63,040 bases of DNA, filler included, from Reticulomyxa filosa (GCA_000512085.1; 18 parts of 18 records of this genome joined end to end with filler, not necessarily neighbours in it), one strand, 5' to 3'; shown: positions 46,888 to 61,476, numbered from the whole stretch's first letter. Notes: generated by a model from the sequence alone, not told the origin. Translations and numbers: made by a program.

Positions 46888-49800
46888 GTATGTTTCTTTT
46901 TTATTTGAAATTTTTTTTTTTTTTTTTTTTTTTTGAAAAAAAAAAAAAAAANNNNNNNNNNNNNNNNNNNNNNNNNNNNNNNNNNNNNNNNNNNNTTAAT
47001 TAATTAANNNNNNNNNNNNNNNNNNNNNNNNNNNNNNNNNNNNNNNNNNNNTTCTGCCATTGACGTGTAGAAACAGAAAATTTATCTTTTTTGAGAGATC
47101 AATGATTGAAAAATATCAAAATCAGCAAATAAGCAATTTTTCCTCATCCCCATGCATTGATCAGCTGTATGGACAATAACTTTTTGACTTAATCAATAAT
47201 TATTCCATTACCTAATTTGAATCCTTGCACTCATTTTGTCTAGTGCATACATTTGATGAGAATAATCAAAATATACCTTGCTTTTAGCGTTTTCTGTCAC
47301 TTACTAGGCTCCCATGTAAACTTATTCATGTAGGAGAAAAAAATAATCTAAAAGTTTATAGCAATATTGTTTTCGTTGGAAAATGTAAATGTAATGTAAG
47401 TCAACAAATTAACAAAATTACTAATATTGTTATGTTTGATAACTCTTTGTTCTGTAAATTTTTTTGCTACTTGTATTAATAACAATTAAATAATGCTGGT
47501 GAAAATTACCACCTGCAAAATTCAAAAGCTTCAGTATGAATATCCATGCAATATGAAAGAATGCAAAAGAATTTTTAAGTCAAAGTTGATGAAAGTTTTG
47601 AAAAATAATCAGTGTTATGTTGCCAAAATAAACAAAATAAATGCATTTTTTATTAACAAAAGAAAATTTCAGTATCAAAACGAATTAATTTTTGTGAGGA
47701 CCGTTTTATTTACTTTCATAATAAGAGTAGGATCAATTGATTTATCTTTGCTAATACTACAAAGTTATTATATTTCTTTTTTGTACAAAGAAAACATGTT
47801 ACAACTGTAAATTCTGTATTTTTTTTTAGAGTTGCGAATTCACGAGCGGTTAAAGAAAATTATCTTCAACTTTTCTAGTCCTTGATTAAATTCATCGTAA
47901 AAAAGAAATAAACTATTGGCCTGCGAAATTATTATTTTTAATCCTTTAAAGAAAGGCAAGTGTAAAAAATAATACACTCTATGACAAGAATTTGTCTAGT
48001 TACATGAGTTTACAGTAGAAAAAATTTGTCCACTCGTGTCTAAGTTTTTTTATTATAAAAAAATTCTTGGTAGGTTTTATGCAATTAATTCTTCCAACAA
48101 AACTTGAAAAATTAATTGATTTTGAATAAAAAAAATTCTTTAGAATAAAAAATCATTATTTTGATTAAAAAAGAAAAAAGGGTATTAAATTTTTTCGTTT
48201 GAAATAACTGTGTATGTCTCGCTATCTGCTATTAAATGATAAAAGCTACAGAGAAAGTGTCACTACTAAAAAGTTGATGTAATTTAATTACACCTGAAGT
48301 AGGCAACGAAAAAGATAAACAATGACTGCACAAAAATATTAAAAAACAAACTTTGCTGATCTTACTAAGTATAATACGAAAGTTTAAAAAAGATGTGTTG
48401 ATATCTGTATTTGTGGACAAAAAAAAAATTTGGACTTTTTTCTTTAAGATGTTTCTTTTTTACTGAAATTTATACACTTAATCTGGAAAATATAAGGCAA
48501 TGATACAATTATCACTCCATTTGGTGCAGGCAATTACCAAGTTGAAACATCAAAGTTCATTATATATGCAAATATTGTGATCGGTACATCAAGTAATCAC
48601 ATAAAATATTAAAAAACAAGATTTAATTTGATTATTTAATATTTTTAGAAACTGTCAAAGCAATGTTTATTTTGTTTCATTGCAAATAGTGGTTGATAAT
48701 GTGTAGATTATGGAAAAAAAACTCTCAATAAATTTCATAATTACTGATTTTTGATCGGTATTACCTTTTTTATAGCCACAAGTATTAATTCTAGTTACGA
48801 AATATTGCATTGTAGATCAGTTACTGTTGCATCATAAAATAAAAATGATTTCTTAAATAAAAAAAAATGCTTAAAGTGTAATACAAAAGTAAGAAGGTTT
48901 CTTTGTGAGAAAAGGAGCTTAAAATTCCTTTAAATCTGTCAATAATTAGTATGATATAATAAAAGAAATAACAAATATTTTGATATAATATATTCAATAT
49001 TTTTAGCAAAAAAAAAATCCTAAAGTATAATATTTTGTCAACTCTTTGTTGGTAGCAACTATTAATTGATGAAGGCAATGACAAAAAACTAAAATGTTAT
49101 CAAGCCAATACCATCAAGGCAAATAGAAATCATTTGAAAAAGGAAAAGAAATTTTTTTTTTGTTCTTATTTAAATAAATTGATGCTGTGATTGCAATAAA
49201 CAATTTATTTTATAAAAGCTTTGTTTATTATTTGGTACTAATTAATTTCAATCAATAGCATATTTTTTTTTAAATTACAATTTTAATGATTTCTTGAAAA
49301 ACAATATAAAGCATATAATCAATTCTAAAACATAATGCATATCTAAAATTAAGTATATTCAAAGTAATTTTGATAATAAGCCAATTGATTAAACAAAATA
49401 ATTTGTTTGATTTTGGCATTATTGTTGTCATCATTTCAGTTCACAGCTTTATTGGCAGCATACATTCTTCCATTGCCACTCCTTTTAAAAAAAACAAAAT
49501 ATTTGGTAAATTTTGAATATTAAGATGATTAGATTCACAGAAATATGTAGAAGCTGTATTTAATGAAAAATGGCAAGAAAGATGAAAGATATAATACAGG
49601 ACAACAATTAACTACTAATTCTTTACTATAATTTGATAGTATCTTACTTTATGTAAAGAAATGAGAAAATTATCTGCATTAGATATTCGTATTCATAAAG
49701 ATGCTTTAATTGCACAAAAGCAATACAATTATTAAAATAATCAACATTTAATTCAATTGATGCAAAAAGAAGATATCCAGCATCAGTAAATACAAATATA

Positions 49801-50906
49801 AATACGAATGGTAATGCTAATAATAATACTATGACAAAATTACAAAACGTAGAAGCATTACAAACAATATTATCACAATTAAATGATAAAGATTTTTTTT
49901 AGAAAATTTGAATATAAAAATATAATTAATTTGAAATTTTCGTTTTTCAGCTTCAAAGTTTGCACGATTGTAGATGTTGCAACTATTGTTGGATACAGTT
50001 TTTTTTGTTGCAAGTTGTATTTTCTGGTTTGAAATTGGTAATTGTTGTTTTTTTCCTCTTTAAAAGCATTCCTTTGCTGATCTAGAGTTTTTCTCTCACT
50101 TCAACTTGTTCATTTCATAGTACATAGTCCGATTCTACAAAAGAAAATGAAAGCTCAACAAAAATGCAGCGGTTGGAGATACCAACAAAAAAAATACTTT
50201 TTTGTACAAAAAGCTACAAGCTTAAACAAAACTTACAAATATGAGCAGAAGGGATAACTTCAATTATTAACGAAGAAAAAAATGACAACAAAGTGAAAAT
50301 GAAAAATTAAAACATAAACTTTGAACTTTTCCAATAGAGAGTAAGTACTACGATTCAAAATGAAAATTCATCCCCTTTACAAAAAAAACTTTAAAAAAGC
50401 AATAATAAAAGATGAATACTGCAACTTTGGCACCTTTACCACTTCCATTATTTGAAGCTCAACTCTTCATTTGTGGGAATGAATATTATTCTTACAACTT
50501 GATTTGTTCTTGTCCAAAAGATATTATTTTACGTGGACATAAAAAATAACTGTATTATCTTTTGGTGGATTAATAATGAATTATACAAGTATTTGGAATA
50601 ATGATAAAAATAATGAATATGTTAATAAATGGATACGCAAGTCATTTGGCTCGAACAGTTGAAAGAGGGAAAAAAAAAGTTTATCAATAATAAAATAAAT
50701 AATATCATGTTTTTTTTATGTAACTGTATGAGAATAGTGAATGGAAAAAAAGTGAATGAGATTGAACTTGCGTTACGGGACTTATCTTCTTCTTGCCCAA
50801 GATCACATGCATTATCCAAAGGATATCGCAAATACATTTTAATGTATCAATCACAAGCAATTGACAACTTTTCGTTCCATTTTTCGTCCTTTTGTCCACC
50901 ATTTTA

Positions 50907-50984
50907 TGTACATGAACTGTTTTCCAACAAGTGCTTGTACATGAACTATTTTCCAACGAGTGGCTTGTATATAAACTGTTTTCA
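50907..50984. repeat. 29-30 bp tandem repeat, about 2.6 copies
   Basis: gtacatgaactgttttccaacaagtgctt / gtacatgaactattttccaacgagtggctt / gtatataaactgttttca. Confidence 0.75.
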
Positions 50985-51675
50985 CTTTGCGTACATCTTT
51001 TCCTCACTCGTACATTTTTTTTTCATTATTCATTTCAATTTTTGTACATCTTTTTATTTAAAATTATTCATGCTTTGGAAATTCTTTTATCAAATTTATT
51101 GTTTAACTATATCTGCCTTCATTTTGTGTATGTTTTTGGAATCAATTGGCAATTATCATGAAAGAGAAAGAATGATTAAGTTTCTTTATTTTATGGACAT
51201 GTGGAAAATGAAAGAGTAAAATAATTGTTTGAAAACTTAGTGAAAATAAAAAGATAAATCATAAAAAAAAAGTGATTCTAAGTTGTTGTCTCTTTTTCTT
51301 CTACTTTTACAACTGACTCTTGTCTGGTTTGGATTTCATTATTAGTATTGTCAGAATCTGACAATGTTATACTTTCATTACTTTTCAGTTCATTAGATTG
51401 ATTTGATCTTTTTTTTTTACTAACATGGATTTGTGCAATGCTATCTGAAGTGCTATCAATTTCTGCATCTTCTTCTTCTGCTTGTTTCCTCAATCTTTTC
51501 TTTACATCAGTTTGAATTGATGCCAACGTTACATTGCTTCTTTTTCCAATTCATACGTTAATTCTTTATTTTTATNNNNNNNNNNNNNNNNNNNNNNNNN
51601 NNNNNNNNNNNNNNNNNNNTTAATTAATTAANNNNNNNNNNNNNNNNNNNNNNNNNNNNNNNNNNNNNNNNNNNN

Positions 51676-52230
51676 CTTCTTCTTCTTCTTTCAACTTTTT
51701 CATTTTCTGCGCATAGTCGCTCAAGTACTGCAGCAACAAACTGGGTTGCTTCATCACTTTTTCTCTCGCTTTGACATTTGCACTTGTCTTTGTCATCTTT
51801 TCAAACTTCAATGCAATTGTATCTTTCCCACTGTCTTTCATCGACAACACGCGTGGAATAATTGAATACGTTATCCCTTCGGTGCTTGTTTGCATTATTT
51901 TATTGCGATCTTTCGTTTGCAATTCTTTTAGTTCTTTATACGTATTTTTGCTATTTGCATTTTTTGGATATTGCACTTCAATTGTATTCTCTTCTTCATC
52001 TCCTTTTTCATTTTCATTATCATCATAATCATCATTATCTTCTTTTTCTTCTTCTTCTTCTTCTTCTTCGTATCTTTTCCTTTTTTTGAATCTCCTTTTT
52101 TTTATTTTTTGCATTGGCCTCTGTCGCTTTTTGTTCCATTTTTTTTAATACACGTTTCAATGACTCTGTGTTCATTTCACTCATCGACTCTTGTCGGCTT
52201 ACATGTGCATCCTTACTCCCGCACAACACT
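51676..52230 (-). CDS. Hypothetical acidic/basic low-complexity protein, partial
   Basis: Overlapping ORFs 52035-52268 and 51620-52114 have coding-like composition and are probably separated by a homopolymer frameshift. Confidence 0.45.
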
Positions 52231-53299
52231 TTTTTTTTTTTTTGCACATCACACATACGCATGCGCATTTACGTAGCAGATATGAAAGATTGCTTTTTTT
52301 TTTGTACCTGGCACACATTGTTATGGTTAACAGTATTTGTACAGAACATATACTTTATTTTGTGTGTTTTTTTAGGGAAAGTTCACATTCGATCCACTTT
52401 GCTTTGGATGCTTTCACACAAAGTAACTTCGATGCAACAATGACGACATCAAACAACGCTTTTTGTTGTGTTTTTATTTTGTTTTTTATTGCAATATTTT
52501 TTTGTATGGACTGGCAAGTTTTTTTTCCCTCTTTCTTTTCAGATTGGCAAATGTCATATGTTATAGTTCCAATAATGCCAAAACAAAAACTCTGTGAAAG
52601 CCCCCTTAAAAATGTAAACAAAGAGAAACTTTTGTTTTAATGGAGAATGTACATTGTAAACGCGCAAAAGAAACTCGAATTTGCGTGAAAAAAAAGTAAA
52701 CCAAGAAAAGTTGTTTGAAAGTGAGAACGAAAGTTTTACAATAATGTTTGAAAGTCTCTTCAGAATAATGATTGTTAGTATTGAATTACTCCAATTGTTT
52801 TATTAATTCGCGACCAAGATAAATATATTAGTTTAATTTGTTCGAATTGGATTACTTCTGAACTTTCAAATTTGTTAAGGTATCTTAAATATAAAACTAA
52901 AAAATAATTTTATCGTTTATATTCACCGAAAATGCGTCTTTTGAAGCGGTTAAGTGGAATAGATTTATTTTGGTTATTGTCCTTCGTGATAAAGAAATTT
53001 CAAAAAAGATTAAAACATGCAAGATAAGTCGCAACGCATTAGTTGTACATCTAGTACTACAAGAGAAAAAACTAATATTGGTAAATGGAACAACTCGTCT
53101 ACATATATGTACAATTTATATCATTTTTTTTAATTATCTCTGACAAAAATGTAAAATTACAACGTTTCTAAGAAGAAATACATATTTTGCAGAACATTGT
53201 ACTGATTACTTCTATTGAAGAAATTAACAACAAAAAAACAGAATTAATAAATAGGAAATTGACTCCAAACAGTAAAAGTGCATAGCAATCAAAAAACCA

Positions 53300-55640
53300 A
53301 TATATACCAAGTTGGAGTCATCACAATAAAAAATCATCTAAATATTTTCAATACATCATGTCACAAAATCAACAATTGATAGTAACTAATAGTTTCGATA
53401 TAGTGAAAATCTAGTTGAAACCTGGCAATAAAAAATAAACAATATATCTAAATTACGAACATTAAGAAGAAGTGAATAAGCAGGTAAAAGAATTAGATCT
53501 AGCAAGAATAATAAGGAAAATCTCTTCTTAATTTGCGGTGCAAATAGTGTTAGTTAATAAAAAAGGAAGTAAATTACGCATGTGCATGGACTATCGAAAA
53601 TTGAACCAAGCGACAATAGGTGACTAGTGGTCGCTAAATATAAATGATTTAATGAAAAAATTGTCAAATAAAAAATATTTTCCAAGTTAGATATCAGGTC
53701 AGATATCTACATGTCCCAATATGCGAGATAGTCTGACATAAAACAATGTTTATCACTCCAAACTGGTTGTAAGAATGGAATCGTATGGTATTTGGTTTAT
53801 CAAACGCACCTGCAATATACCAACGTATTATGGTATCTATATTTGGAAATTTAGGAGATTTAGACATTTACATATACGACTTATTGATTGCAACGGAAAC
53901 ATAGTAACAATATATACAAGTTCTAAGTTAGTATTACAGCGTTTAAGACTACGACATGAAATTGTCAATGGAAAAATGTGAATTCATGAAGAAAGAGATA
54001 ATATTTTTGGGACAGTTAATATCGGTAAAAGGAATATCAGCGGATGGATAATACATCGAAAGAATTCTAAAAATATCTAAGCCTCAAAACAAAAAGAAAT
54101 TGTAACAATTGCAGAAATCGTTTAATGGATCGCATGTTTCATACCTAATATTGTAGAATTAATGGCAAAACTATCACAACTACGGCAAAAGAATGTGAGT
54201 TAGAAATAGACTACAATACATGACGAAGCATTTGAACAATTAAAAAAGGCAATTGAAAATACACAGTCGCTACATCATCCAATACAAAACGAGCCATTCA
54301 TAGTTCAATGTGATGCATCTGTCATCGCTGTGGTAGCTGCAATACTACAAATTCAAGAAGGAAAACTTGTTCTAGTCGAATTTATATCAAAGAAATTCGA
54401 CAAGCATCAGTTAAACTGACATAAATCAGAAAGTGAATCATATTCAGTTATTTATGCAGTTCAAAAGTTGTGGCACTATTTATTACTACGTAGATTCACT
54501 GTATATACAGATCATAAAAATTTGTTGTAACTATTCGAAGTACGTAATAAACAAGTAAATAATAGATTATCGAGGTTGGAACTATTGTTAAGTGAATTTC
54601 CCTTCGAAGTACGTTATTTTCCAGGATCATCTAATGCGGACTTCTTGTCGCGTAATCCTGATGTATTGGCAAAATCAGAACAGTTATTGTTAGTTAATCG
54701 TTATCAAAATCAACTAACAAAGCAAAAATACAAAGAAACGATATCCAAGGCCAAATCGAAAAACCATTTGAACTATTACGTGAAATAAGATATTTCGATC
54801 AATTATTCGACGTAAAAAGCTTTCTAGAAGTCAGGAATACAACAACAAAATAAAAACATAAAAAGAAAACTGACAGAAGTAAAAAACGATACTACCGACC
54901 TTCCCGCGAGTTGACAATCATCATCTACTAATGTCTGTCAATAGACAAACGAAATCACTAACACGTACATGCAAAGTGGTAGTACCTGTTATGTTGAAGT
55001 ATGATATACTTGCTTATTTTCATTCACATGCGTTATCACAGCATTCCTGTTCAAAAAGAATTGTAACCTCAATTAAAGAAATATTATACTGGCCAGAAAT
55101 AGACAAGACTGAAACGATTTTTCGAAGAATGTTTCACCTGACAAGTAACAAAAGGAAAAATCGACCCAAAGTCTGTATAGATCCAATATTTATCTGCAAC
55201 AAGACCATTCCAAATTGTAGCTATGGACATAGTTGACCCATTACCTGAAACAGACGACTGTTATGACAATAATGGATCGCTTCACGATTCCCTTGAAAAG
55301 TCAAGCAGCCAAAGACATATCACTTACATTTGTAAATGAATAGATATTTAAACGTTATGTCACTGAAACAATGTTATCAGATAATGGAGTACAATTTCGA
55401 AGAAACATTGCAGTTTGACAGCAGAAATTTTAGTGATGAAACAATTATTAAAGTCTACTTACTATCCACAAACTAATTGCATGTTAGATAGATTTCAAAG
55501 ATATTTAAAAATTTGTGACCTTAGTAGTTGACAATAATTTGGATTTGGATAATTGTGATGCATGTAATATATTTCTACTAGCGATCGTGTCATCACCAAA
55601 CCGGATGGCAAAGACAAGCCCACATGAATTGATTTATTTT
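53300..55640 (+). mobile_element. Degenerate Ty3/gypsy LTR-retrotransposon pol (RT-RNaseH-integrase)
   Basis: RT motifs KKGSKLRMCMDYRKLN, KLDIRS and FGLSNAPA; RNase H motifs PFIVQCDAS and FTVYTDHKNL; integrase motifs RPFQIVAMDIV, LSDNGVQF and YYPQTN. The RT-RH-IN order is present, with many stops. Confidence 0.92.
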
Positions 55641-55919
55641 GCAGCTGCAGCTTTTATTGAAATTATTGTTTTTGTTCTTTTTTATTCTCTAAAATGGTTA
55701 TAATAACCAAAAAATAAGTAATTTTTAAATTACAATCCGAACTATGACACAATAGCAAAAAAAATAAAAAATCAAATTTAAAAAAGTTTTCATTTAAATT
55801 ATAACACTCTTAACATAAAAATTACTTTGATGCGTCATTTATTTTGCATTTTTCAACAAAGTTTTGTTATTCGTTTTTATTGCGAAATCTTGTTATTTTT
55901 TGAAAAAAAATTGATGCAA

Positions 55920-56168
55920 CACATTTGCGGTGGAACATTTTTTGAAAAACTTTAAAAGTTGGTAAATTTCATTATTACGATACAGTCACGATTGTCAACT
56001 TTTTCTCAAAAATTTTCAAGCAATTATGAAAGGTGTTTAACAAAAATTAAAATAATTTAAAAACTACAAGATTCGTATATATTTTTAAAAATGTTGTTTT
56101 TTCATGGAGAAATCGATCATTTTTACAAGGTACCGTTTTAGGTGTCAACTTTCTTTTGCATTCTACTG
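55920..56168 (+). mobile_element. Right end of Tc1 family B
   Basis: Matches 21470-21745 (tacgat.cagtcacgattgtcaacttt ... ggtaccgttttaggtgtcaactttcttttgcattctactg|TA). Confidence 0.85.
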
Positions 56169-56490
56169 TATTTAATTTATGTTATTTATAATGAAATATG
56201 TTTTTCATTTTTAATAACGTGTCATATTGATAATTGTTACATTAAATCTCAAAAATGTATTGATATTTTATTTATTAAAAGAGTGATTCATTAATTATGC
56301 TTCTTTTTAAAATCGAACAAATTTGAAAAATTAATTTCTGAAATTGTAAATACAAGTATCTTAGTACAATCTGTTTCCAAATATCTTGTTNNNNNNNNNN
56401 NNNNNNNNNNNNNNNNNNNNNNNNNNNNNNNNNNTTAATTAATTAANNNNNNNNNNNNNNNNNNNNNNNNNNNNNNNNNNNNNNNNNNNN

Positions 56491-56519
<29 letters not shown>

Positions 56520-56528
<9 letters not shown>

Positions 56529-57306
56529 AGGAGATGCACGAAACAATGGCTTCAATTCTGAAGAAAACCACAATGTTCCATGAGGCTTCCATATCTTGGA
56601 CATTAGGTCTCTTGATTCCACTTCAAAGATGACATGTTCAAAAAGAAATGGCTCGGTTTCAGAATGGTTTAGTAAATGCTCCGGCTGCAGCATCATTGAT
56701 GATGCGCTAGTGCTTGTTGTAGTGGCGGGCTCTGGTGTGCCGACACCTTTTTTGAAATGTCTTTTACACTTTCTTTTTCTGTACAGTTTTTTTTTTAGTT
56801 GTGGGAACCCTTTTCGTTATTTCTTCTCTTTGTCATTATTACAAGTCCAAATCTCTTTTTTATTTTCTCTCTCTCTCTCTCTTTGATAATGTTATGACAA
56901 GAGAATGCATGCTTACCGGACATAATAACAATGCTTAAAGTCATTCCGAAACTCTTTCGTGTTAAATTTCGAACTGTACATCCACCCTCGTTCATCAGTT
57001 TTTTCCAAGTCAATATCAATTGTCCATTCGTCCGCCCAAAGCAAATAGCTGGGGAGCCTATATTCTTGCAAAGCTCTGTGTTCCTCAAACAAACAAAACC
57101 ACCCGATATTCTCCTTTGTTATGTTGGAGCCCCACATTTTTGTTTTGTTCCAACTGCAAGCTGAATGGTTTCTTGGCTGGGTTATGTGTTTTTATTACTT
57201 CGAACGCCGGCGGGTCACCCGGTAGAAAGGGTGGTTGCCAAAAAACTGCTGATTTTCGTTGGTATTCAAATACTTCAATGCAATTCTCATCTGCCTTGGA
57301 TGTCAT
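56520..57306 (-). CDS. DysF (peroxin/ferlin) domain protein, 3' partial
   Basis: IEVFEYQRK..FWQPPFLPGDP and LPSYLLWADEWTIDIDLEKTDERGWMYS...YVR. Confidence 0.8.
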
Positions 57307-58324
57307 GATTGTAACTTGATCAGATATGTAAGTTGTGAAGATTATCAATAAAAAAAGGGGAATAAATACCCCTTTAGTCCCGGGTTCAACAAAGGAGAAA
57401 AAAGGTAGAACAACGTCTAAATTTCGCCCTTAAAAGAAAATACAAAATGAATGAAATCTAACAGGCAAAAACAAACTTCAACAAGTCGCAGAGTCGCAAT
57501 TACCGCAAATCCGCAAAGCAATCAATACAATAAAAACCAATTTATATATCGTACTACCCACCAAAAGATAAAACATACGACTTTAATTATGCATAGTACT
57601 TATACCTGAATATGACCGTGTTGAAACTTCCGAATTCAAATGTACGCTTCTTTTATTAAACATACCCAAATTTTTTATATTACTTGAAATATAGCATATT
57701 AGTGATCCATGAAAATTCATCCAATTTTCACATAATGTTTCCAAACTACACCACACACAAAAAAAAAAATATCGTTTTTGGAACATTAAATATCATTAGC
57801 AAAAAAGGTTTGAAATATCTTTGAATAGATGTGGCATATTGAAAAGAAATATGCCAAAGAATTTTTTCTTTTCGTGGAATATGTAGTTTGATATTTAAAA
57901 ATGGTTCAAAATTATTTTTGTGATACATATAAAAAATATTGAGCTTCTTTGCACAAGAGTAATTTGAAGGCAAATCCGTCTTACATAATCGCAAAAAAAA
58001 GTTAGCATTATTTTTTAATTTGAGGCTAAAGGTCTCTATTTCACACTAATTTCGAAAAAATGCTCCTCGAAACAGTATTTTCTCTTTACAAGTCACTTTC
58101 TCAACGAAATATCAAATATCCTTGTGATTTGAACTTTTAAAAAAAATAAGCGGTTTTTGGCTCATTTTAATCGCAACAAATGTCAACACAAGAAAATACA
58201 GGGCTAACATTCAAATGTGAATGTATGTGTGACATATGAACACTCAAAAAAATGCATTTTCTTTCGAATGAAAACAAATGCTTAAAATGCAATTTTTGTT
58301 TATTTTGGTCCCTCTTTCAGACCT

Positions 58325-58651
58325 TTAGTGTTTCTCTTCAAAGTTTTTCAAACCATGATGTCCAGGATAGTGAATTTGTCTTAAGATGACATAAAGACTT
58401 CCACAACAACCAAGTCCAACCAATGTCAAAACAGGTATTTCCAAGGCCCCTGAAACATGGAATGTTGGAACAAATTTCAAAAACCATTCTCCGTCACCAG
58501 CATGTCTTCCATCGAGCGTACCTCTTTCCGTAAATTTGTTACCGTGCGATGAGAATCGTCGCACCGCTTTTTGTGGCATTCTAACCAACAGTGGTTGTCT
58601 GCTGGCTGTATTCATTGCTATTCTTCCAATGTGGATTGCTCTCGCTTGCAT
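58325..58651 (-). CDS. Small single-TM, probably mitochondrial protein (NDUFA4/B12D-like?)
   Basis: An Arg-rich, acid-free presequence ends in RRFSS. The TM segment is EIPVLTLVGLGCCGSLYVILRQI. The ORF is intronless and 108 aa. Confidence 0.65.
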   Translation of the reverse strand: MQARAIHIGRIAMNTASRQPLLVRMPQKAVRRFSSHGNKFTERGTLDGRHAGDGEWFLKFVPTFHVSGALEIPVLTLVGLGCCGSLYVILRQIHYPGHHGLKNFEEKH

Positions 58652-59262
58652 ACTTTGTCTTGGTATCGTTTGCAGTGCTTGGTGAAACGTCGCGCTTTTT
58701 TGTTTGTTTGTTAGTTTTTAGGTTTGATAGAATTCTAAGCAACCAACAGAGAACACAAGCAGCATACTGTGAAGGCTTTCTTGAATAAATACTAAAAGAG
58801 ATACGGATGATCTAAAAAATCTAGAGTTTTTCCGTTATTCTTACGCTAGAACTTTGTTATTTGGAATTTGCCAGTTTGTGTTCTAAAGCCATAATTTAAC
58901 TACACTTGCCAGCATATTAATTTTATTAAAGATTTAGCCACAGAATTTTGTAATATGCATAGAAAATAAATAAAATAGAAAACATTTATTAACAAAAGCC
59001 ATTAATTTTCTGACATTACTGTAAACGATATCATCAACGCAATATAATTATCAACTTTTAACAGCGAAACTATTTAACAAAGTTCTGTCATATTCACGAA
59101 AAACATTAGTATGCATTTTTCCCAGTAGCAATTGATTTAATCTTCAAGTTCGGCGACGTTGTTGAAAAATACAGGCGAGCTAGTGGGGGTGAAAATTTTG
59201 CAATAAACAGAGCGGCTTGGAGATTGTTTTTGTCACATGTGTTGCCTTGTATTGATTATACA

Positions 59263-60131
59263 ATGCTTTCCAATCCCAAACGCTCCATCAAGAAATGTCG
59301 GCTGCCACGAAGTCGACAGGACATAATTTCTTGCTTCTTGGTTGTTGGCTGTGTGTTCATCACATTACTAATCTTTTTTGGGGCATTCGTGCCTGAGCCA
59401 TCTTCACATTCAAATCTATCTCAATCACACGATGCATCACAAGACGAAATAAATACGTTATTGGTAAATCGAACTCAATTGATGCAACCAGTTTTTTCAA
59501 CACTCAATTCAAATAAAAGTCAGAGCAGCAAATCCACACCAACAAATGAAACAGTCCGAAGCATCAAAGAAGGATTGATATTTTATGATTTTGAAAACAA
59601 TACAAATGCGTACAAATCGAAAATTTCACATCAATTGATTCCATATGATGCCATAACCATTGATAATATTGTCTGGGATTTTGGCGCAGCTGGCTGTTCT
59701 GGGTAAATTTTTTAAAAATCCGTTTAATTGTGTAATGTCAAATGAAGGGGCACATAACATTGATTAAGCACTATTCAAAAAAAAAAAAAAACAATTTTAG
59801 GTGGGGCGTAGAGACAGTAAATTTGATTGAACCTTTGTATACGTGGCACCATGTGACAAAGATAAAATTGATAACTGACCCCGATTGGTGTCAATATCCA
59901 AATGAAACGATAACATTAATGAATTATTTGCAATCCCGACAAGATTGGTCTGAGTGGGTAGCTAATGCAAGACGTTCACAACAATCGACGCAAAGCCCAT
60001 CGAAATCCAATCCTTTGATACAGTTTTTCATTAGTCACAAGCCTCCTGGACGATTTCCACAGTTTCCTTATCGAGGCTTAATCAACATTCAACAAAGGCC
60101 GGTATTCGTGATTGGTAGGTCGATGACTGAA
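59263..60131 (+). CDS. Type II membrane glycosyltransferase (GT4-like), 3' partial
   Basis: N-terminal TM and S/T-rich stem, then IVWDFGAAGCSG|WGVE and ISHKPPG...VIGRSMTE, similar to the IGRTMFE motif of eukaryotic GT4-like enzymes. Confidence 0.6.
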
Positions 60132-60261
60132 GTTCAGTTCAGTGCAAAAAAAAAAAAAAAANNNNNNNNNNNNNNNNNNNNNNNNNNNNNNNNNNNNNNN
60201 NNNNNTTAATTAATTAANNNNNNNNNNNNNNNNNNNNNNNNNNNNNNNNNNNNNNNNNNNN

Positions 60262-60294
<33 letters not shown>

Positions 60295-60297
<3 letters not shown>

Positions 60298-60925
60298 TTG
60301 ATTGGAGTGCTGAATGTATTCTGCTTGACTCCATTCCTCTGGATTCTTGACGCCATGAGTTGGGAGAGTCTCTCTTGGCCGAAAGACTCGACGTTGGTTT
60401 GGCTGATCGTAAACGCGATTATTAGCGCACTGAGCGACTATTGTTGGGCACAGTCTATACTGCTCACATCCCCTGTAGTGGCCACTGTCGGACTATCCAT
60501 GATGATGCCATTTGCAATGATTGCGGATCAGTTCTTTCGAGGCCAAACGCATTCTCTTCCCTATTGGCTCGCCGCTTTTTTCGTCATGACCGGCTTCGTT
60601 TTAGGTATGCACACGCTCAACCATGCTTCACATTAAAAAAAAAAAAAAAAAAAAAAAAAGGGACAAAAAAATTTTAATGTCTCCCTCCTTTTTTTTTTTT
60701 TTTTGAATAGTTAATGTGGATTATAATCAATCCGCTCAAAATCCAAAAGACATTGGTTGTACAAATGGTGACATGGAACGAAATGGACCACAGCGTTTCG
60801 GGGGACATACAATAGAAGAAACACTGGTGCAACATACTCGTATTCCAACTACTTTTGTGGATGAATGTGACGGCTTGTCAATCCATGGACAACTCTCACT
60901 TGTTCATAGCGAATCAAGCAATTGA
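60295..60925 (+). CDS. SLC35F/EamA-family transporter C-terminal part (SLC35F5/Thi74-like)
   Basis: GLIGVLNV...NAIISALSDYCWAQSILLTSPVVATVGLSMMMPFAMIAD. Confidence 0.85.
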
Positions 60926-61476
60926 TTGGCCTTTTGTGTTTTGTAGCGTATGGGTGTGTGTGCACTGGACGTATGTTAGGATCCTTTCACTTTTTTTCTT
61001 TTTAGAAGTTGCTTCATTAATGTTGCCCTTTGCCCGTATCCTATCAGAGGGACAACACATTTGTCAAGAAGCATACGCCAAATTTTTATTACTCAATTTT
61101 TTTCACCTCTTTTTCTCATGAAAAGTTCTTTATTCCACACGTACACAGTTTTATTAATCGTCAATCAACACCTTCTTTTTTTGTTCACAACAACAAAAAG
61201 AAAGCCATTTTATATGAGAGAATGCACCCCAAATCAAACCGAAAATACTTTGGCCGTCAAGTGAAAGCAACACTAGCTTTGCTTACAATAAACGAGACCA
61301 TTACTGTTAAATTGACAAAGTTTTTTACTTTTGAAAAAAGTTAATTTAAATTGAAAAGTGCAATCTACTAATCATTTTCTGGAAATGTTTCCACTTCATG
61401 AGCAAAAAAAGCAAAATCAGTAAGTGTATTCTGTCTTCTCCCTCTCTCTTTTTATTAGTTTGGCACATGGAAAAAG

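Noticed and set aside
47052-51575. Scattered ORFs, including 50629-51219 and 51278-51526
   Set aside because: The region is very AT-rich with no recognisable motifs. These are probably decayed gene fragments and cannot be assigned.
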